63,829 bases of DNA from Eledone cirrhosa (lineage: Eukaryota), in contig OZ024743.1 in assembly GCA_964016885.1 (NCBI GenBank), positions 173,166,001-173,229,829 on the forward strand. Direction: 5' to 3'. A program made the translations under genes and the position numbers. Numbering within the stretch: the first letter of the stretch is position 1; every line of letters starts with the position of its first letter. Shown here one piece after another: positions 29,503 through 44,716 of this stretch. The notes beneath the pieces were generated by a model that had not been told where the DNA came from, did not search any database, and was given only the letters and a program-made list of their open reading frames with translations.

Positions 29503-29910
29503 AAAAAGAGATGAAATCGAAAATGCAACTGGAGTCTTATTTTTTAAAAAAATATATATATTTATTTGGTTCCTTTACCGGTTTCGCAGTTCTTCTGCTT
29601 TTCAAAAGGTGAAAACCAATCAAATTACTTCTCGAAAAACCTGGCATTTCGAGCCACTTTTTCCATATAAAACAAGTAACATTCAGAGACCAACCAGATG
29701 TGAGAAAAACCACAGACCCTCCATCTCAACTCACCTTTTGAAAAGCAGAAGAACTGCGAAACCGGTAAAGGAACCAAATAAATATATATATTTAAAAAAA
29801 AAATAAGACTCCAGTTGCATTTTCGATTTCATCTCTTTTTCTTTATACTTTCACTCGTGTAGGACACCTCGGTTATTTTTCAATTTGTAAAAAAAACCTC
29901 ACTTTCTAAA
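29500..29910. mobile_element. Solo fold-back Penelope pseudo-LTR
   Basis: 29500-29610 is inverted relative to 29733-29843. Matches the terminus at 38733-39030. Confidence 0.75.
29734..29771 (+). ncRNA. Minimal type I hammerhead, U3:A8 core (copies at 29572-29609 - and 38873-38910 -)
   Basis: CCTT TTGAAAA GCAG aagaa CTGC GAAA CCGG TA AAGG: perfect stems I and II and a palindromic CCGG loop III. Confidence 0.75.
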
Positions 29911-29960
29911 ATATATATATATATACCTCACTTTCTAAAATATATATATATATATATATA

Positions 29961-31078
29961 TACATTTAAAGTATATGATAAACACGAAATGTGTTTACAT
30001 TGCAACAGACAAAGTTAGCTATTAATGAAATAAACTAATAAAAGTGAATACAATTTGTCTGTCTCGATACAAGTCAATAAAGACAAGCTTATATTGGCAA
30101 CGGCCATGATTCCTGGACATATTTAAATTTCAAAATTCAAACCTGTTCTGTAGACGAATTTGAACCTCGAAACCCAAATAAGTTTCGCAACGGTGGAATG
30201 TGAATTGAAAAATAAAGAGAATCGAAATGGAATAGAAATAAAAGAGTGAAATATCCAAATCATCTGTGCATATCAACAGGAATCCAGTAAGATTAGCCTA
30301 TCTCACATATAAGCTTGTCTTTATTGACTTGTATCGAGACAGACAAATTGTATTCACTTTTATTAGTTTATTTCATTAATAGCTAACTTTGTCTGTTGCA
30401 ATGTAAACACATTTCGTGTTTATCATATACTTTAAATGTATTTAACTGCTCGGAAGAGCCCCTTCCTGGAGCTTAATTATTGTAAACGACTGAGAGTTTA
30501 TTCTCAAAATATAATATAATGTATAGCTCCTTTATTGTAAGAGCTGATCCTTAATCCTGCATAAGCGGCTGTTATTTCTAGCACCGTGAATGTGGGATAG
30601 CTAGTTTTGGCCTGCCTACCCACGTGTAGTCAGTCCTGCAAAATTTTTGATGTGAGATAGGCTAATCTTACTGGATTCCTGTTGATATGCACAGATGATT
30701 TGGATATTTCACTCTTTTATTTCTATTCCATTTCGATTCTCTTTATTTTTCAATTCACATTCCACCGTTGCGAAACTTATTTGGGTTTCGAGGTTCAAAT
30801 TCGTCTACAGAACAGGTTTGAATTTTGAAATTTAAATATGTCCAGGAATCATGGCCGTTGCCAATATAAGCTTGTCTTTATTGACTTGTATTGAGACAGA
30901 CAAATTGTATTCACTTTTATTAGTTTATTCCATTAATAGCTAACTTTGTCTGTTGCAATGTAAACACATTTCGTGTTTATCATATACTTTAAATGTATTT
31001 AACTGCTCGGAAGAGCCCCTTCATGGAGCTTAATTATTGTAAACGACTGAGAGTTTATTCTCAAAATATAATATAATA
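29961..31078 (+). mobile_element. Non-coding unit (about 555 bp) preceded by a partial direct copy and an inverted copy; carries a large HHR-like fold
   Basis: 29961-30308 is the reverse complement of 30650-30998, and 30307-30520 equals 30864-31075. HHR-like motif at 30674-30850. Confidence 0.7.
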
Positions 31079-31805
31079 TATATATATATATATATACGGG
31101 TAACAAATAATAGTTAAATGCAGTCCACCTAGGTAAAGTCCAGTTATGGTATTCCAGGTAGTGGATGATATTAACGCTTGGCTTGGTTTGACTCAACAAG
31201 GCGTTTTCATAGTGATGCTGCGGGTATGCCGTAATTCCTATGTTGGAGTAATAATAAATCAGGAAAGAAGGTTGACATGGTTTGCTATAAAAAAAAGGTT
31301 TAATCACATAGCTTACATTTGTTTCACTGAGCTGGCAGGTCTAGAGATCGCTATTCGCTTATTTTCGCGTTACTCGATCGCCAATACAAAATTATAACCA
31401 GTCAGATCTTCGGAGCATGCGAGAATGAAGAAAATACACAGGCAAGAAAAGAATATACAGGCTACTATATGAAGTAGTAATGGCATTCAATTAGAACAAT
31501 AACAACAATTACAACAATGCTATCAATAAATTATTTAAGGAGACCCTGACATTACTTAGGTGGGGGGTATATAATGTATCTAACGTTATGGCGTGTAAAA
31601 CTAGCTGTCATGAGGCAAAAGAAAGCGTTTGGCATGTACAGAGTATCGGAGTGTATATCAATTTTAAAGATAAGCTACTGTTTACAGTCTTTCTCTTCAT
31701 CATCAATAGTATACATGAGTGGGACAACATTGTCAAAGCTAAATAGATGTTGAGTTAATACAGAGGTTAACGAAGTAATATACGCATATATTTACGCACA
31801 CACAT

Positions 31806-31855
<50 letters not shown>

Positions 31856-32159
31856 GCATGTGTACATAGACACATACATACACATCAATATACACTCGTA
31901 CAAAAATATACATACATGCAAAGAGATAAGCGTGCTAATTATAATTATGGCAAAAAGAAGGTAAAGTTATATTGTAGTAGTGATTTGAGAAAAACTAGGA
32001 TTTAGGATCAAATGATGGCAGCAGCTGAGAAGGAATAAGTTTGTTGGTAGATGAGGTACTTACAGACAATTATGTATATATATATATATTGTACTTACAG
32101 ACAATTATATAATTGTACTTACAGACAATTGTACTTATATATATATTGTACTTACAGAC

Positions 32160-32216
<57 letters not shown>

Positions 32217-32467
32217 GCAGAGTGGTTAGAGAATTGGATTCACAATCTTGAGGTTGTGAGTTCGATTCCTGGACCAGGCGATGCGTTATGTCCTTGAGCA
32301 AGACACTTTATTTCACGTTACTCCTTCTACCTGGAGTTGCGACCGATAGATAGTACTAGCAACTGGAAAGACCAACGGAAACATTGTTTCCTCGGTCCGA
32401 TTTGACGAAAGTCGATTGATTATATATATATAAATATATATACATGTATATATATATATAAATATAT

Positions 32468-32558
<91 letters not shown>

Positions 32559-32664
32559 AATTAAAATACTAGAGTGTGTTGGAGTTAAACACCCTCTTCA
32601 TATTATAGAAATGACAGTATAAGATATAGCTCAATGTAATTAAACAGAGCCGAAGAATTATTTA

Positions 32665-32758
<94 letters not shown>

Positions 32759-32789
32759 GTATATATATCTCCCGCACATTACAACTTAT

Positions 32790-33110
32790 CCCTCTAAACA
32801 CAGTTTCTCTCTCAACACATCCATGCTCGGTCATTCACGCACATTGACATTGCACATCCAACGGAGCATGCTTGCCTCATTTCTCTCCAGCCGTCGCATG
32901 TCCTCTGCAGTTGCTGCTCATGTCTCACTACCATGCAGCATCGTACACCTCACACAGGCATCATATAACTGGCCTTTCGTACTCAAGGAGAAACCCTTCT
33001 TCGTCAGCAGAGGAAGCAGCTCCCTAAACTTCTTCCAACACGTCCTTATTGTAGATACTATGGCCTCGTAACACCCCCTCCCATGCTAATCTGATCACTT
33101 AGGTACACTT
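32790..33110 (-). mobile_element. RTE fragment (different family)
   Basis: Minus strand: WKKFRELLPLL...FSLSTKGQLYDACVRCTMLHGSET...LERNEASMLRWMC. Confidence 0.8.
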
Positions 33111-33217
33111 AGAACCCACCTGCATTTGAAAAATGTGTCTATCAATGCGACTTCTACTGTCAAATTTCCCTGTACATCTACTGCATACGTATTTTATATA
33201 CAAAAAGTATACTTTGC

Positions 33218-35410
33218 AAAGGACAGTAAGTTCAAGCATATTCTACAACGGAAGGGCCAAAGACATGAGGTATTCAGGATTGCGAGGCAATGTGTCAAGG
33301 AGAATTGTGCTATTGTCGGGGAGACGTGTGTCTGTAATGACGATGGTGTACTTGTCCTCACTGACAGTGATATTAAGGTACCTTGGATGTGTCACTACGA
33401 GAGACTACTGAATGTGGAGAATGAATGGAATAAAGATAGTCTGCCCCACATCGATCCAACAGAAGGACTAGCTGTGCAAGTTGATGGTAGTGTAGTAAAT
33501 AAGGCAATAAAAAATATGAAGACAGCTAAGGCAGCTGGCCTTCGGAGATAGTTGCTGAAATGTTGAAAGTATCTGGAATGGTGGGACATACTATGGTCAC
33601 CCGGATAGTAAACCAAATAATACAGAATGGAATCATACCAAATGACTGGCGTAGCAGTAGCATCGTCAGCTGTTACAAGGGCAAAGGAGACACCCTGGAT
33701 AGAGGAAACTATAGGGGCATTAAATTAGTTGACCAGGTCATGAAGGTCACAGAAAGAGTTATTACTCAACTGATTAGAGACCAAATTGATCTAGATGAAA
33801 TGTAGTTTGGGTTTGTGCCAGGTAAAAGTACCATGGATGCTCTTTTCCTTGTTCGGCAATTACTGGAGAAGTACCTAGCTAACAGTAAACCCCTCTACTT
33901 AGCTTTTGTTGACTTGGAGAAGGCCTTTGACAGAGTGCCACACACCTTAACCTGGTGGGCTCTTAGAAAACTGGGAGTGGAAGAATGGCTTGTGAGAGCT
34001 ATACAAGTCATGTATAGAGGAACAGTGAATATAGTGATGAATTTAGCGTTATAGTAGGGGTTCACCAAGACTTCGTCCTTAGCCCCCTTCTGTTTATTAT
34101 TATCCTACAGGCTATAACAGAAGGGTTTAAGACTGGCTGCCCATGGGAACTTCTATATACAGATGATCTATTATCTCTCACAGTTGAACTAGAGAAGAAA
34201 TTCTAAACAGAGAAGCATGGCCTAGAATCAAAAGGCCTTAAAGTTAACTTGTCTTAGACTAAAGTTCTTATATGTAGAAAGGAATATAGGGCAGAGGTGC
34301 TCTCTGGGAAATAGCCATGCTCAGTGTGTAGGAAAGGAGTAGATAGAAATTCCATTCTATGCCCCAAATGCAAATTATGGGTACATAAAAGATGTAGTGG
34401 GATCACAGGTAAGATAACTAAGAATGTAGATTTGTACATGTGGACACTGCTCAGATGCAGTAAGTAGCAAGAACCCACTGGATGATATCCCCTTCAACTG
34501 CCCAGATGGTTCTATAGAAATAGTAGACACTTTCCGTTACCTGAGTGACAAATTCAGCAGTGGAGGAGGGTGCTCTGAAAGTGTTGTAGCTAGAGTTAGA
34601 AGGGGATGGAAAAAGTTCAGAGAGTTAATACCGCTGTTGGCCACAAGGGGTTTTTCTCTAAAAGTGAAAGGCAGATTGTATGATGCTTGTATACAAACGG
34701 CGATAGGATATTGTAGTGAGATTTGGGCATTGTGTGCTGAAGACCTGCATAGATTTGAAAGAAATGAAGCTTGCACGCTCCGATGGATGTGTAATAGTAA
34801 TGTGCGTGAACGGCGAAGCATAAACGAATTAAGAAAGAGACTAAGCATAAGAGGTATCAAATGTTGTATTCTGGAGAAGATATTGCATTGGTATGGACAT
34901 GTGATGCGTATGAAGGACGACAGCTGTATAAAAAAGTGCAGGGTAAGGAAAATTGATGGAAACTACAGAGTGGGTAGACCAAGAAAAACCTGGGACGAGG
35001 TGATAAAAACTGATCTTGCTCACTTACACCTCTCTAAGACAATGACACGGAATTGAGATCTTCAGTGCCATGCAGTTGTACAAAAGACCTGACTGCCATT
35101 GCATAGAAACCTACAGTCAGTAGGCACCTCTTAACTCAATGTACACCTCATCACACACCCTACCCCATCCTCCCATTTCCGTTCCGTCCACTGTGTCGAT
35201 GACACAACAGTCTGTACTCTAAGGTGATTGTGTAGGAGACAACTAAAAAGGGTCCCAATCCATACTGTAAATGTAGTTGGTGTTAGGAAGGGCATCCAGC
35301 TGTAAAAATGGCATCCAGCTGCCAGAGACACGGTCTTCCGCATCAAATGGAACAAAACTGTCTAACCCATGCTAACGTGCAAGATTGACGTTAAACGATG
35401 ATGATGATGA
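33218..35410 (+). mobile_element. Decayed RTE LINE, 5'-truncated
   Basis: Collinear with the 5808 ORF from KFKHILQR to GRPRKTW; many stops and frameshifts; 3' UTR and (GAT)n tail. Confidence 0.9.
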
Positions 35411-35420
35411 TATATACACA

Positions 35421-35578
35421 TGGGCGGAAGTGGTGAGAGCAGACCTCAGATCACTGAAGCTCACGGTGGAGATGACGAAGGACCGTGTCAAGTGGAGAGA
35501 TGCTGTGCTGAATAGGACCCGTCCCACCCTTGCAAGCAGGGAAAAGCGGACGTAAAATGATGATGATGATGATGATGA
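35421..35578 (+). mobile_element. 3' end of a further RTE family (SINE partner)
   Basis: Reads WAEVVRADLRSLKLTVEMTKDRVKWRDAVLNRTRPTLASREKRT*, followed by (TGA)n. Confidence 0.8.
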
Positions 35579-35701
35579 TATATATACTGTAGTAGAAATA
35601 TCCAAGGGTAAGGGCACTCAGTCCATAGGGCATAACAGGTTGATGCGTTGGGGTGTATAACACAACGAAACTTAAGTACCTGTATATGTCACTGTTGTAA
35701 C

Positions 35702-35744
<43 letters not shown>

Positions 35745-36089
35745 TCATCATAAGATTAAAAGGCACCTATGAAGAAATAATAGATATATAAACGACAGCC
35801 ATCTATTCGCGATCAACAGCTATAGAATATTTACCCAGCATTTCGATGGCACGTGGAAATCGATTAAATATATCGTCAACCATACACAATTACGTATACA
35901 ATTAAAGTTAGAAGAAAAAATGTATATAAACATACCAAGACTACGTTTCTACCCCCTGGGGTTTCATTCGCTTTTGGAAATATCCGATCAAGGATATATA
36001 TATATATATATATATATATTTGGATATATATATATATATTAAACTATATTAATATTGGGGACTACACAAACACACACACACACACACAA

Positions 36090-36185
<96 letters not shown>

Positions 36186-36186
<1 letters not shown>

Positions 36187-36875
36187 TGCTCCGTTGGATG
36201 TGTAATAGTAATATACGTGAACGGCAAAGCATAAATGAACTAAGTGAGAAATTAGGAATAAGAGGGATCGAGAGAAGACTACGTAGGTATGGTCACGTGA
36301 TGCGCATGAAAGACGACAGCTGTATAAAAAAGTGCAGGGCGATCCAAATAAACGGTAGCTACGGAGTAGGCAGACCCAGAAAAACCTGGGATGACTTGAT
36401 AAATTCCGACCTCACACACTTTCACCTCCCCAAGACAATGTCACTGGACCGAGATCTTTGGCGCTACGCAGTAATACAGAAGACCCGCCTTGCCTAAGTA
36501 CAAAGCGAAACCTACAGTCAGTAGGCACCTCTTAACCAAAATATACCCCCGTCCCACAACCCCTACCCCCACCGCCATTTACACCACCCCTTTCGGTGTA
36601 AAGCTATGATGGTACCACAACATCCAGTCCTAAATAAATGAGGTCGTGTAGGTGTCACGACAAAAAAACACAGTCCACGCTATAATGTGGCCGTGTCGGC
36701 AACACGGTAAACACCTCCCAGTCCACACTGTAAACGTGGTTGGTGTTAGGAAGGGCATCCAGCCGTAGAAAACCCGCCAGACAGTGCCGAGCAAGAAATC
36801 TTGCCTCAAGTGGGACAATTCCCGTTCAGACCCATGCTAGCGTGGAAGATGGACGTTAAACCATGATGATGATGA

Positions 36876-36880
<5 letters not shown>
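36186..36880 (+). mobile_element. 3' fragment of the 5808 RTE family
   Basis: [19 protein letters not shown]...[15 protein letters not shown]; 3' UTR; (GAT)n tail. Confidence 0.92.
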
Positions 36881-36940
<60 letters not shown>

Positions 36941-36956
36941 TATATTTATATATATA

Positions 36957-38302
36957 TTGTTATACTTTGGGAGGGTCATGTTGCCAATAAGAAACACACG
37001 CACCAGTTGCTTTCACTTCAATTTATTATATATTTATAAATTTATAAATTTACAAATCTACAAACTTATAAATTTCTGGTTGGTTGGTTGGTTCCACAAC
37101 CAGATAGTTGTTTATATATAGTCATAGTCCTTTCGTCACACACTCTGTGACCTCTTCAGTGACTGGGGATTCCTTTCTTTGTTTTTGTGCTTCTGTCCTA
37201 CGCCATTTTGTTTCTGTGTGTGTGTTGTGTGCTCAGTTTGCGCATGCGCCACATCCGGGTGTCTGTGTGTGTTTGTGTTCATTTATCTATTTGTTTATTT
37301 ATTTACATGTTGTTGGTTGGTTGTTTGTTCTATGTGTGTGTGTGTTTTCATTTTGTCCTTAATTGTAAGTTGTGATGTTGCTGTTCCACTCATATTTTCT
37401 ATTTAATTTTGGTTGTAATTCTTTTATGCTTACTGCCTCTGTAATTTGCCTAAACATTGCATCTTGTGTGGATTCTATTTTTATTTCTATGTTCTCTAAT
37501 TTACCCTTGTGTTCTATCTTAGCATGTTGGTAGAGTACAGATGATTCTTTATTATCTTGAAGGTCTCGCCAGTGTTCATTTATTCGTTCCCCTATACTAC
37601 GAGCTGTCTCACCTATGTACACTATATTTTTGTTTCTACATTGTCCTTCAGTACATCTTATGCTATACACTACATTTCTAGTTTTACAGTTAATATGGGG
37701 GCTTATTTTACAGGTTATACATTTCTTATCTATACATGAGGGTCTTTGGAACGGGTATGTCTTGCTAATAAGTGTTTTTACGGAGGTACCTGGTCTTTCT
37801 ACTATCTTAATATTGAGTTTATGTTTATTTAGGGCCCTTCTAAATTTGTAGGCTAGTTCGCCTCTAGGGGTTGTATTGATGAACATTACACTCTGGTATT
37901 TATTGCTATCATACCATGAGTTTATTCTATTGGCCTTGTTCCTAGTTCTTTCTATTCTATTCCAAAATTTGCTCCTATACAAGGGGCAGGTCCCATTTAT
38001 GTCATTATTTACCATTTTTTCCCATTTGGTTCTGGCTCTGATTCTATCTCTCTGATTGTAGCCAGAGAACTGCATACGGTGGATGAAGTGTTGTATGTGT
38101 CTCTCTAGTTCTTCGGGGTTGCACATGCGGGACACATTTCTCATCGCCCGTACCAAATCCGCAATCAGTATGTTGATTTTGGTATGGTCCGAAATGGTGC
38201 GTGTGTTTCTTATTGGCAACATGACCCTCCCAAAGTATAACAATATCGGTTTCAACACACGATTTCAGATAAAAAATCTTGCTAAACAAATTCAAAAACG
38301 AA
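36957..38302 (-). mobile_element. 5'-truncated Penelope-like element (linker + GIY-YIG) with short inverted pseudo-LTR; HHR-like motif at 37120-37164
   Basis: ORF 37359-38190: RMQFSGY...NVVYSIRC...YIGETARSIGERINEH. 36957-37005 is inverted relative to 38195-38243. Motif AGTCA CTGAAGA G GTCACA..TGTGAC GAAA GGAC TA TGACT. Confidence 0.9.
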
Positions 38303-38325
38303 ATATATATATATTTATATATATA

Positions 38326-38380
<55 letters not shown>

Positions 38381-38391
38381 ATATATATATG

Positions 38392-38424
<33 letters not shown>

Positions 38425-38519
38425 GTATATATATATACATGTATATATATATATATGTATATATATGTATATATATATATATGTATATATATATATGTAT
38501 ATATATGTATATATATATG

Positions 38520-38552
<33 letters not shown>

Positions 38553-38570
38553 GTATATATATGTATATAT

Positions 38571-38648
<78 letters not shown>

Positions 38649-38649
38649 G

Positions 38650-38732
<83 letters not shown>

Positions 38733-38738
<6 letters not shown>

Positions 38739-40574
38739 GTTAGGTTTTTTTACAAAATGAAAAATAACCGAGGTGTCCTACACGAGTGAAAGTATAAAGA
38801 AAAAAGAAGAGATGAAATCGAAAATGCAACTGGAGTCTTATTTAAAAAAAATATATATATATTTATTTGGTTCCTTTACCGGTTTCGCAGTTCTTCTGCT
38901 TTTCAAAAGTAGAGTTGATATGGAGGGTCTGTGGCTTTTCTCACATCTGGTTGGTCTTTGAATGTTACTTGTTTTATATGGAAAAAAGTGGCTCGAAACG
39001 CCAGGCTTTTAGAGAAGTAATTTGATTGGTTGGTCAATAAGTATAATAAATTTTGCGCCAGTTCGCGTTACAAAGTTCTTCAAAGAAGTGGGGGTGCTCA
39101 GGTTGTTTTTTCATATATGAGTGTTTGAATTATTTTTTACTTTAAAAAAGGGGCTCGCGAAGGCTTTTTCTAAAAAAATGTAATCTGATTGGTTATAAAT
39201 GAAATTATGGTTGTCACGTGAACAAGTTCATTATATTTCGCGCCCGTATTTCGGAATTTGTTTTGTAGCCTTTTAGAGAATTTTATGACAATAAAAATAG
39301 TGGCTCACGAAGGCTTTTTTAAAAAAATGCAATTTGATTGGTTATAAATGAAATTATGACTGTCACGTGAACAAGTTCCGCGCCCGTATTATTTATTTTG
39401 TTAAAATAAAGTACCAGTAATGCACTGGGTATTTGCTGGCCTTGTGCCTAAAGTAGAAACAATTATTTATTTTGTAGCCATTTAGAGAATTTTATGACAA
39501 GCAAAAGAATGATCAAGAGAAATGGGATGGGAGAATTGTTCTGGTTCAGTGAATATGGCTTGTTCGCTGGGGTGTCAGAGTTCAGATTTTCTATTGAAAT
39601 AAAGTAGACATATGTATGTTTATTTGTGTGTGTGTGTACGTGTGTATAGAAGATGATTCTATTGGTAGAAATGGGGGAGGGAGTTGTGTGTGTGTGTATA
39701 TGGGTGTTATGTGTGTGTGTGGGAGTATGTTAAGATGGAGAGAATATATATATTTTGTGTGTAGGAAAGTGATTCTATTAGTAGAAATGGGGGAGCGAGT
39801 TGTGTGTGTGGGGGGTGTTATGTGTGTGTGAATGGATGTTATGTGTGTGTGGGAGTATGGTTAGCATGTTAAGATGAAGAGAATATATATTTTGTGTGTG
39901 TGTGTGTAGGAAAATGATTCCGTTAGTAGGAATATTTTTGAATGAACATATTTCCCTTACTTATTCGTATTTGTTCTGTTGTATTGCCAGCGCAAACGTA
40001 TGTTAAGTTTTATTTAGTTCGGGTTTTTATTTTCTAAAGTAGAAGGTGTTATGTGTGTGTGTATGTGTCTGTTTGGATGGTTAGCATGTTATGGTGTTGA
40101 CATAATGTATATTAAACCATATTTAATGCTGGTCTATATTTTTGAATAAATATATTTTCCTTATTTATTCGTATTTGTTTTGTTGTATTGTCAGCGCAAA
40201 GGTAAAATGGGAAGACTTGGAATATGGGTGTCTTATTACTTGCACAAATGTTTAGATGTGCGCTTAGTGGTATCTGTCTCGTGGTTGGATCTCGTAATTG
40301 TTGGCGATGAACTGCCATTCTGTTTCTGAGTGTGAGTTTAGTTTGTCCTATATAATCTCCATTGCATCCTTTACATTTAATGGCATAAAGTAGAATTTTT
40401 GATGAGCAAGTGAAGTGATTTTTACAGCAAAATGTTGTCCTGATTTAAATGTATACGTGTTGCCTTCAATGAGGTGAGTGCAGGTTCCACAATTAGAGCG
40501 ACCACATTTTTTGACAGTTGGTTATGGGTTTGTGGTAGGTAATTTGGCATTGGTGAGTAATGTTTTCAGTGATT

Positions 40575-40575
<1 letters not shown>
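38733..40575 (-). mobile_element. Penelope-like element 3' part (GIY-YIG + long pseudo-LTR with HHR)
   Basis: Minus strand at about 40400-40112: NLLYAIKCKGCNGDYIGQTKLTLRNRMAVHRQQ...ENIFIQKYRPALN. HHR at 38873-38910. Confidence 0.75.
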
Positions 40576-41139
<564 letters not shown>

Positions 41140-41141
<2 letters not shown>

Positions 41142-43745
41142 AAGATTGAAGAGTAACATGGTTGGCTGTACAATAAGGGGCTTTATTTCAAGTACTGACA
41201 ATTGTTTCGTTGAGTCTAGAGGTCGCTAATCGCTTGAAGTTGCGTCACTCGATCTCCAAGACATTATTTACCTCTGCTCAACACATTAGAGTACGTAGAT
41301 ATAAAAATAATTCACTCGAGGCAAGACATATAGAAGAATAGCGTATAATTAAAACAATAACATCAATAATAAAACATATATGGTAAATAGGTAGAGAAGT
41401 TACAGATGTAAAAAGTAAAAAGTAAAATATTAAAAAAGTAAGAAAATGAGAAAATGGAAAGTATAAAGAAATAAATAAGGATAAGTGAGAGCATGTAAGT
41501 ACAGAGTATGTTTGTGGTGGTGGTGAGTAAGTGTTCTTATAAGGATTCCTTGGTGGGTTTAGTGCTAACATGAAAAACCAGATTCGAAATATACATAGAT
41601 ACGTGTAGAGAGTCTGATATAGTGACAAATAAAAGAAAACAAAGAAAGCAATAAATTAGAGATTAATTGGGGGATATAAGTATGAGATTTAAGGGCTAGG
41701 AGTGGATTGTGAAAGGAGGTTTGACAACGTGTGTTGTAAATGTTTTGCTGATTGTTCTATCTTAATGGGTTTGATGCTGTTTCAGGGAAAGAGGGTGAAA
41801 GAGATGTTCAGAGATTTATGATCCAGTGACCAGTTTGCCGTTTGACAGCTAATAGCAGTGTGATGGTGTGTATTCTATATGCTAAAATCTAGGTGATTCA
41901 GTTCTAATTTTAGGATTGCTGGTTCAAATCTTGGTGGTTTGAAGTTTGCGAATCTGGTAGCTATTTTATGCCTACAGAAAATTGATCTTTCTATTTTGCT
42001 GTTAAGCAGCATCCCATCGTACCTTAAAATATGGAGTAGTTCTAAATTACAAAGTCCGCAGTGGGACATTCCGTTGCTGTAGGACCTTGCTACCGATAAT
42101 TTTGACCAGCTCATGTTATATTCTAGGTTTTTGTTTTTAAGCTGCCAGATTTTATTGGCGAGCGCCGTAGAGTTCTCCAGTCTACGGTTCTTCATGGAGT
42201 GTCTGTGGACGTACCACCTTTTCTTGAACTCCCCAGCCGTGGAACCCATGTAGTGCCAAGTATAGTTGCCTGAATTTACAGTACACAGGTACACCATACT
42301 CGAATCCAGGCATCTATTTTGTAGTGGGCACTTATCCGGTAGGTGGCAATTACAATTTAAGGTTTTTCTGTGTGCAGGTTCTCCGTTGTGGTTTTGTAAG
42401 TTGTTGTGGGTGGGTTGTGATTTAGGCCTATTAGTGTTTTGTTGTGATGCGCTCTGATGTGTTTTGTGGTTGTGATGTTGTTATGTGTTTGCGTTTTGTA
42501 TTTGGTGCTATGGTGTATGTTGGTAGGTTAATTTCTTTAGAGATATTTTTGTGGTTGATTTTACGTATGTGTGATTCTATGTTGGCTGCAGTAGAGTAGG
42601 ATAGTTTTATAGTTTTTCTATTAAAGATTCTATGGTATTTGTGTAGTGTAGGGAAGTGCTTGTCTATTAGTTTAAAGAATGTAGAAGGTAGTTTAGTTTT
42701 TATAGAGGAGTTGAATATTGGGTTGAACCATAGGTACTTTCTATCTCTGGATCTTCTATAGTTTTTGGAGGTCCTTATATTAGTGTTCGGTTCAGTTATT
42801 TTTGGTGCCTGTTGTCTAATTCTATGCTTAGTCCTATGCTTGTTACTTCTATATGAGCGGGTAGTGTTGTTATCGTTAGGTTTGTTGCTGCTGTCTCTAT
42901 CTAGTATGTATTCCAGCTTCTCCTTATGTCTAGCCTTATGTAAAGCTATGTTATAATAGTTTACGTGTTCGTTAAACATTTCTAGGTTCGAAGATAGGCG
43001 GGATATTCTGAGGGATATACTATGTGCTATGGAGTTAATTATGGATCGGGGGTCGTTTGAGTTATAACTAATGTAGGCTAGATTCTCGTTATTCTTATGG
43101 AAGGGCTCTATTAATCCTGTGTTTAGGTTGAGTGTTACATCTAAGAAATTTGCTTTTATAGAGTTAAGTTCGAAAGTGATACCTAGGCCTAGTTTGTTGA
43201 AGAATACTCTAATGTTTTTTCGTAATTTTTCCATGTTTTGATTATTTAAGTTTTTGGCTAAAAGGAGTGTCTCGTCTCTGTAAATTCCTCCCTGGAGGTT
43301 ATTGTGATATCGAAGCTATTCTGTCTGTTTTTTCGTTCCCAGCAACTATTTTCGAATCTAATGGTAGTCCTCCTAACCGCTAGTATTATTTTAATTTCGT
43401 TTGAGGTAAGGTCCGAATTTTTCTGGGCAAAGGTTAGCGCTTTATCTAGGGTGACTGGGGATATGGATGAGTAGTAGTCATTAATGTCGAACTGTACGAA
43501 GTTGGATGTTTCTCTACTGTTTATTTTGCTGAACCAGTCTATTGCTTCGTTAGTGTTACCCCATAGCTTAATTATTAGTTTGTCCTTAATTTGTTCGATT
43601 ACTCTATCTAGTATATACTTGCTAATTCTACCTATATCCGACTTCGATGGGCATATTAATCTAATTGTGGGGTCTATTTCGAAATTATTTTTGTGATCCT
43701 TTAGGTTAAATGTGGGGTTACAAGGGGTTAGAGGCTTGGTTCTAT
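41140..43745 (-). mobile_element. Decayed Penelope-like element (RT + GIY-YIG), same broad type as 25440
   Basis: RLICPSKSDIG, QFDINDYYSSI, GGIYRDET, NFLDVTLNL, WFNPIF, MVYLCTV...YMGST. Confidence 0.87.
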
Positions 43746-43809
43746 AAGATATTTTCAGTTTTTTTTTACTATGCTAAGTCCTTCCTTATTAATACTGTAT
43801 TTTTTTGTA

Positions 43810-44647
43810 TTACTAATTAGTAATACATACCCTTTTCAAAGACCTCCCTGTATAGATAAGAAATGCATAATCTGTAAACTAAGCCCCCATATTAACTGTA
43901 AAACTAAAAATGTAGTATATAGCATAAGATGCACTGAAGGACAATGCAAAGATAAGAATATAGTGTACATAGGTGAGACAGCACGTAGTATAGGAGAACG
44001 GTTAAATGAACACTGGCGAGAGCTTCAAGATAAAAAAAGAATCATCAATACTCCACCAACATGCTAAAATAGAACATAAGGGCAAATTAGAGAACATAGA
44101 AATAAAAATAAAATCTACACACAGAAAAGACGCAATGTTTAGACAAATCACAGAGGCAATAAACATAAATGAACTCCAACTCCAAAAAATAGAAAACATG
44201 AATGGAACAGCAACATCACAACTTACAATTAAGGACAAAATGAAAACACACACACATAGAACAAACAACCAACCAGTAACATGTAAATAAACAAATAAAA
44301 ACACACACAGACACCCGGATGTAACACATGCGTAAACTAAGCACACAACACACACACAAACAAGATGGCGTAGGACAGAACAAAGGAGAGGCACAAAGAC
44401 AAAGAAAGGACTCCCTAGTCACTGAAGAGGTCAAAGAATGTGTGACGAAAGAACTTTGACAATATATGAACAACCGTCCGGTTGTGGAACCAGCCAACCA
44501 ACCGGAAATTTATAAATTCTTAAATTTATAATAAATTGGATTGAAAGCAACTGGTGTGTGTGTGTCTTATTGACAACATGACCATCCCAATATCAGTTTC
44601 AACACACATTTTCAGATAAAGAATCTTGCTAAACAAATTCATAAACG

Positions 44648-44650
<3 letters not shown>
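43810..44650 (+). mobile_element. Penelope-like 3' fragment (family of 22641 and 36957) with HHR-like motif at 44418-44460
   Basis: NVVYSIRC...YIGETARSIGERLNEH; pseudo-LTR with CTGAAGAGGTCA..TGACGAAAGAACTTTGAC. Confidence 0.88.
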
Positions 44651-44716
<66 letters not shown>

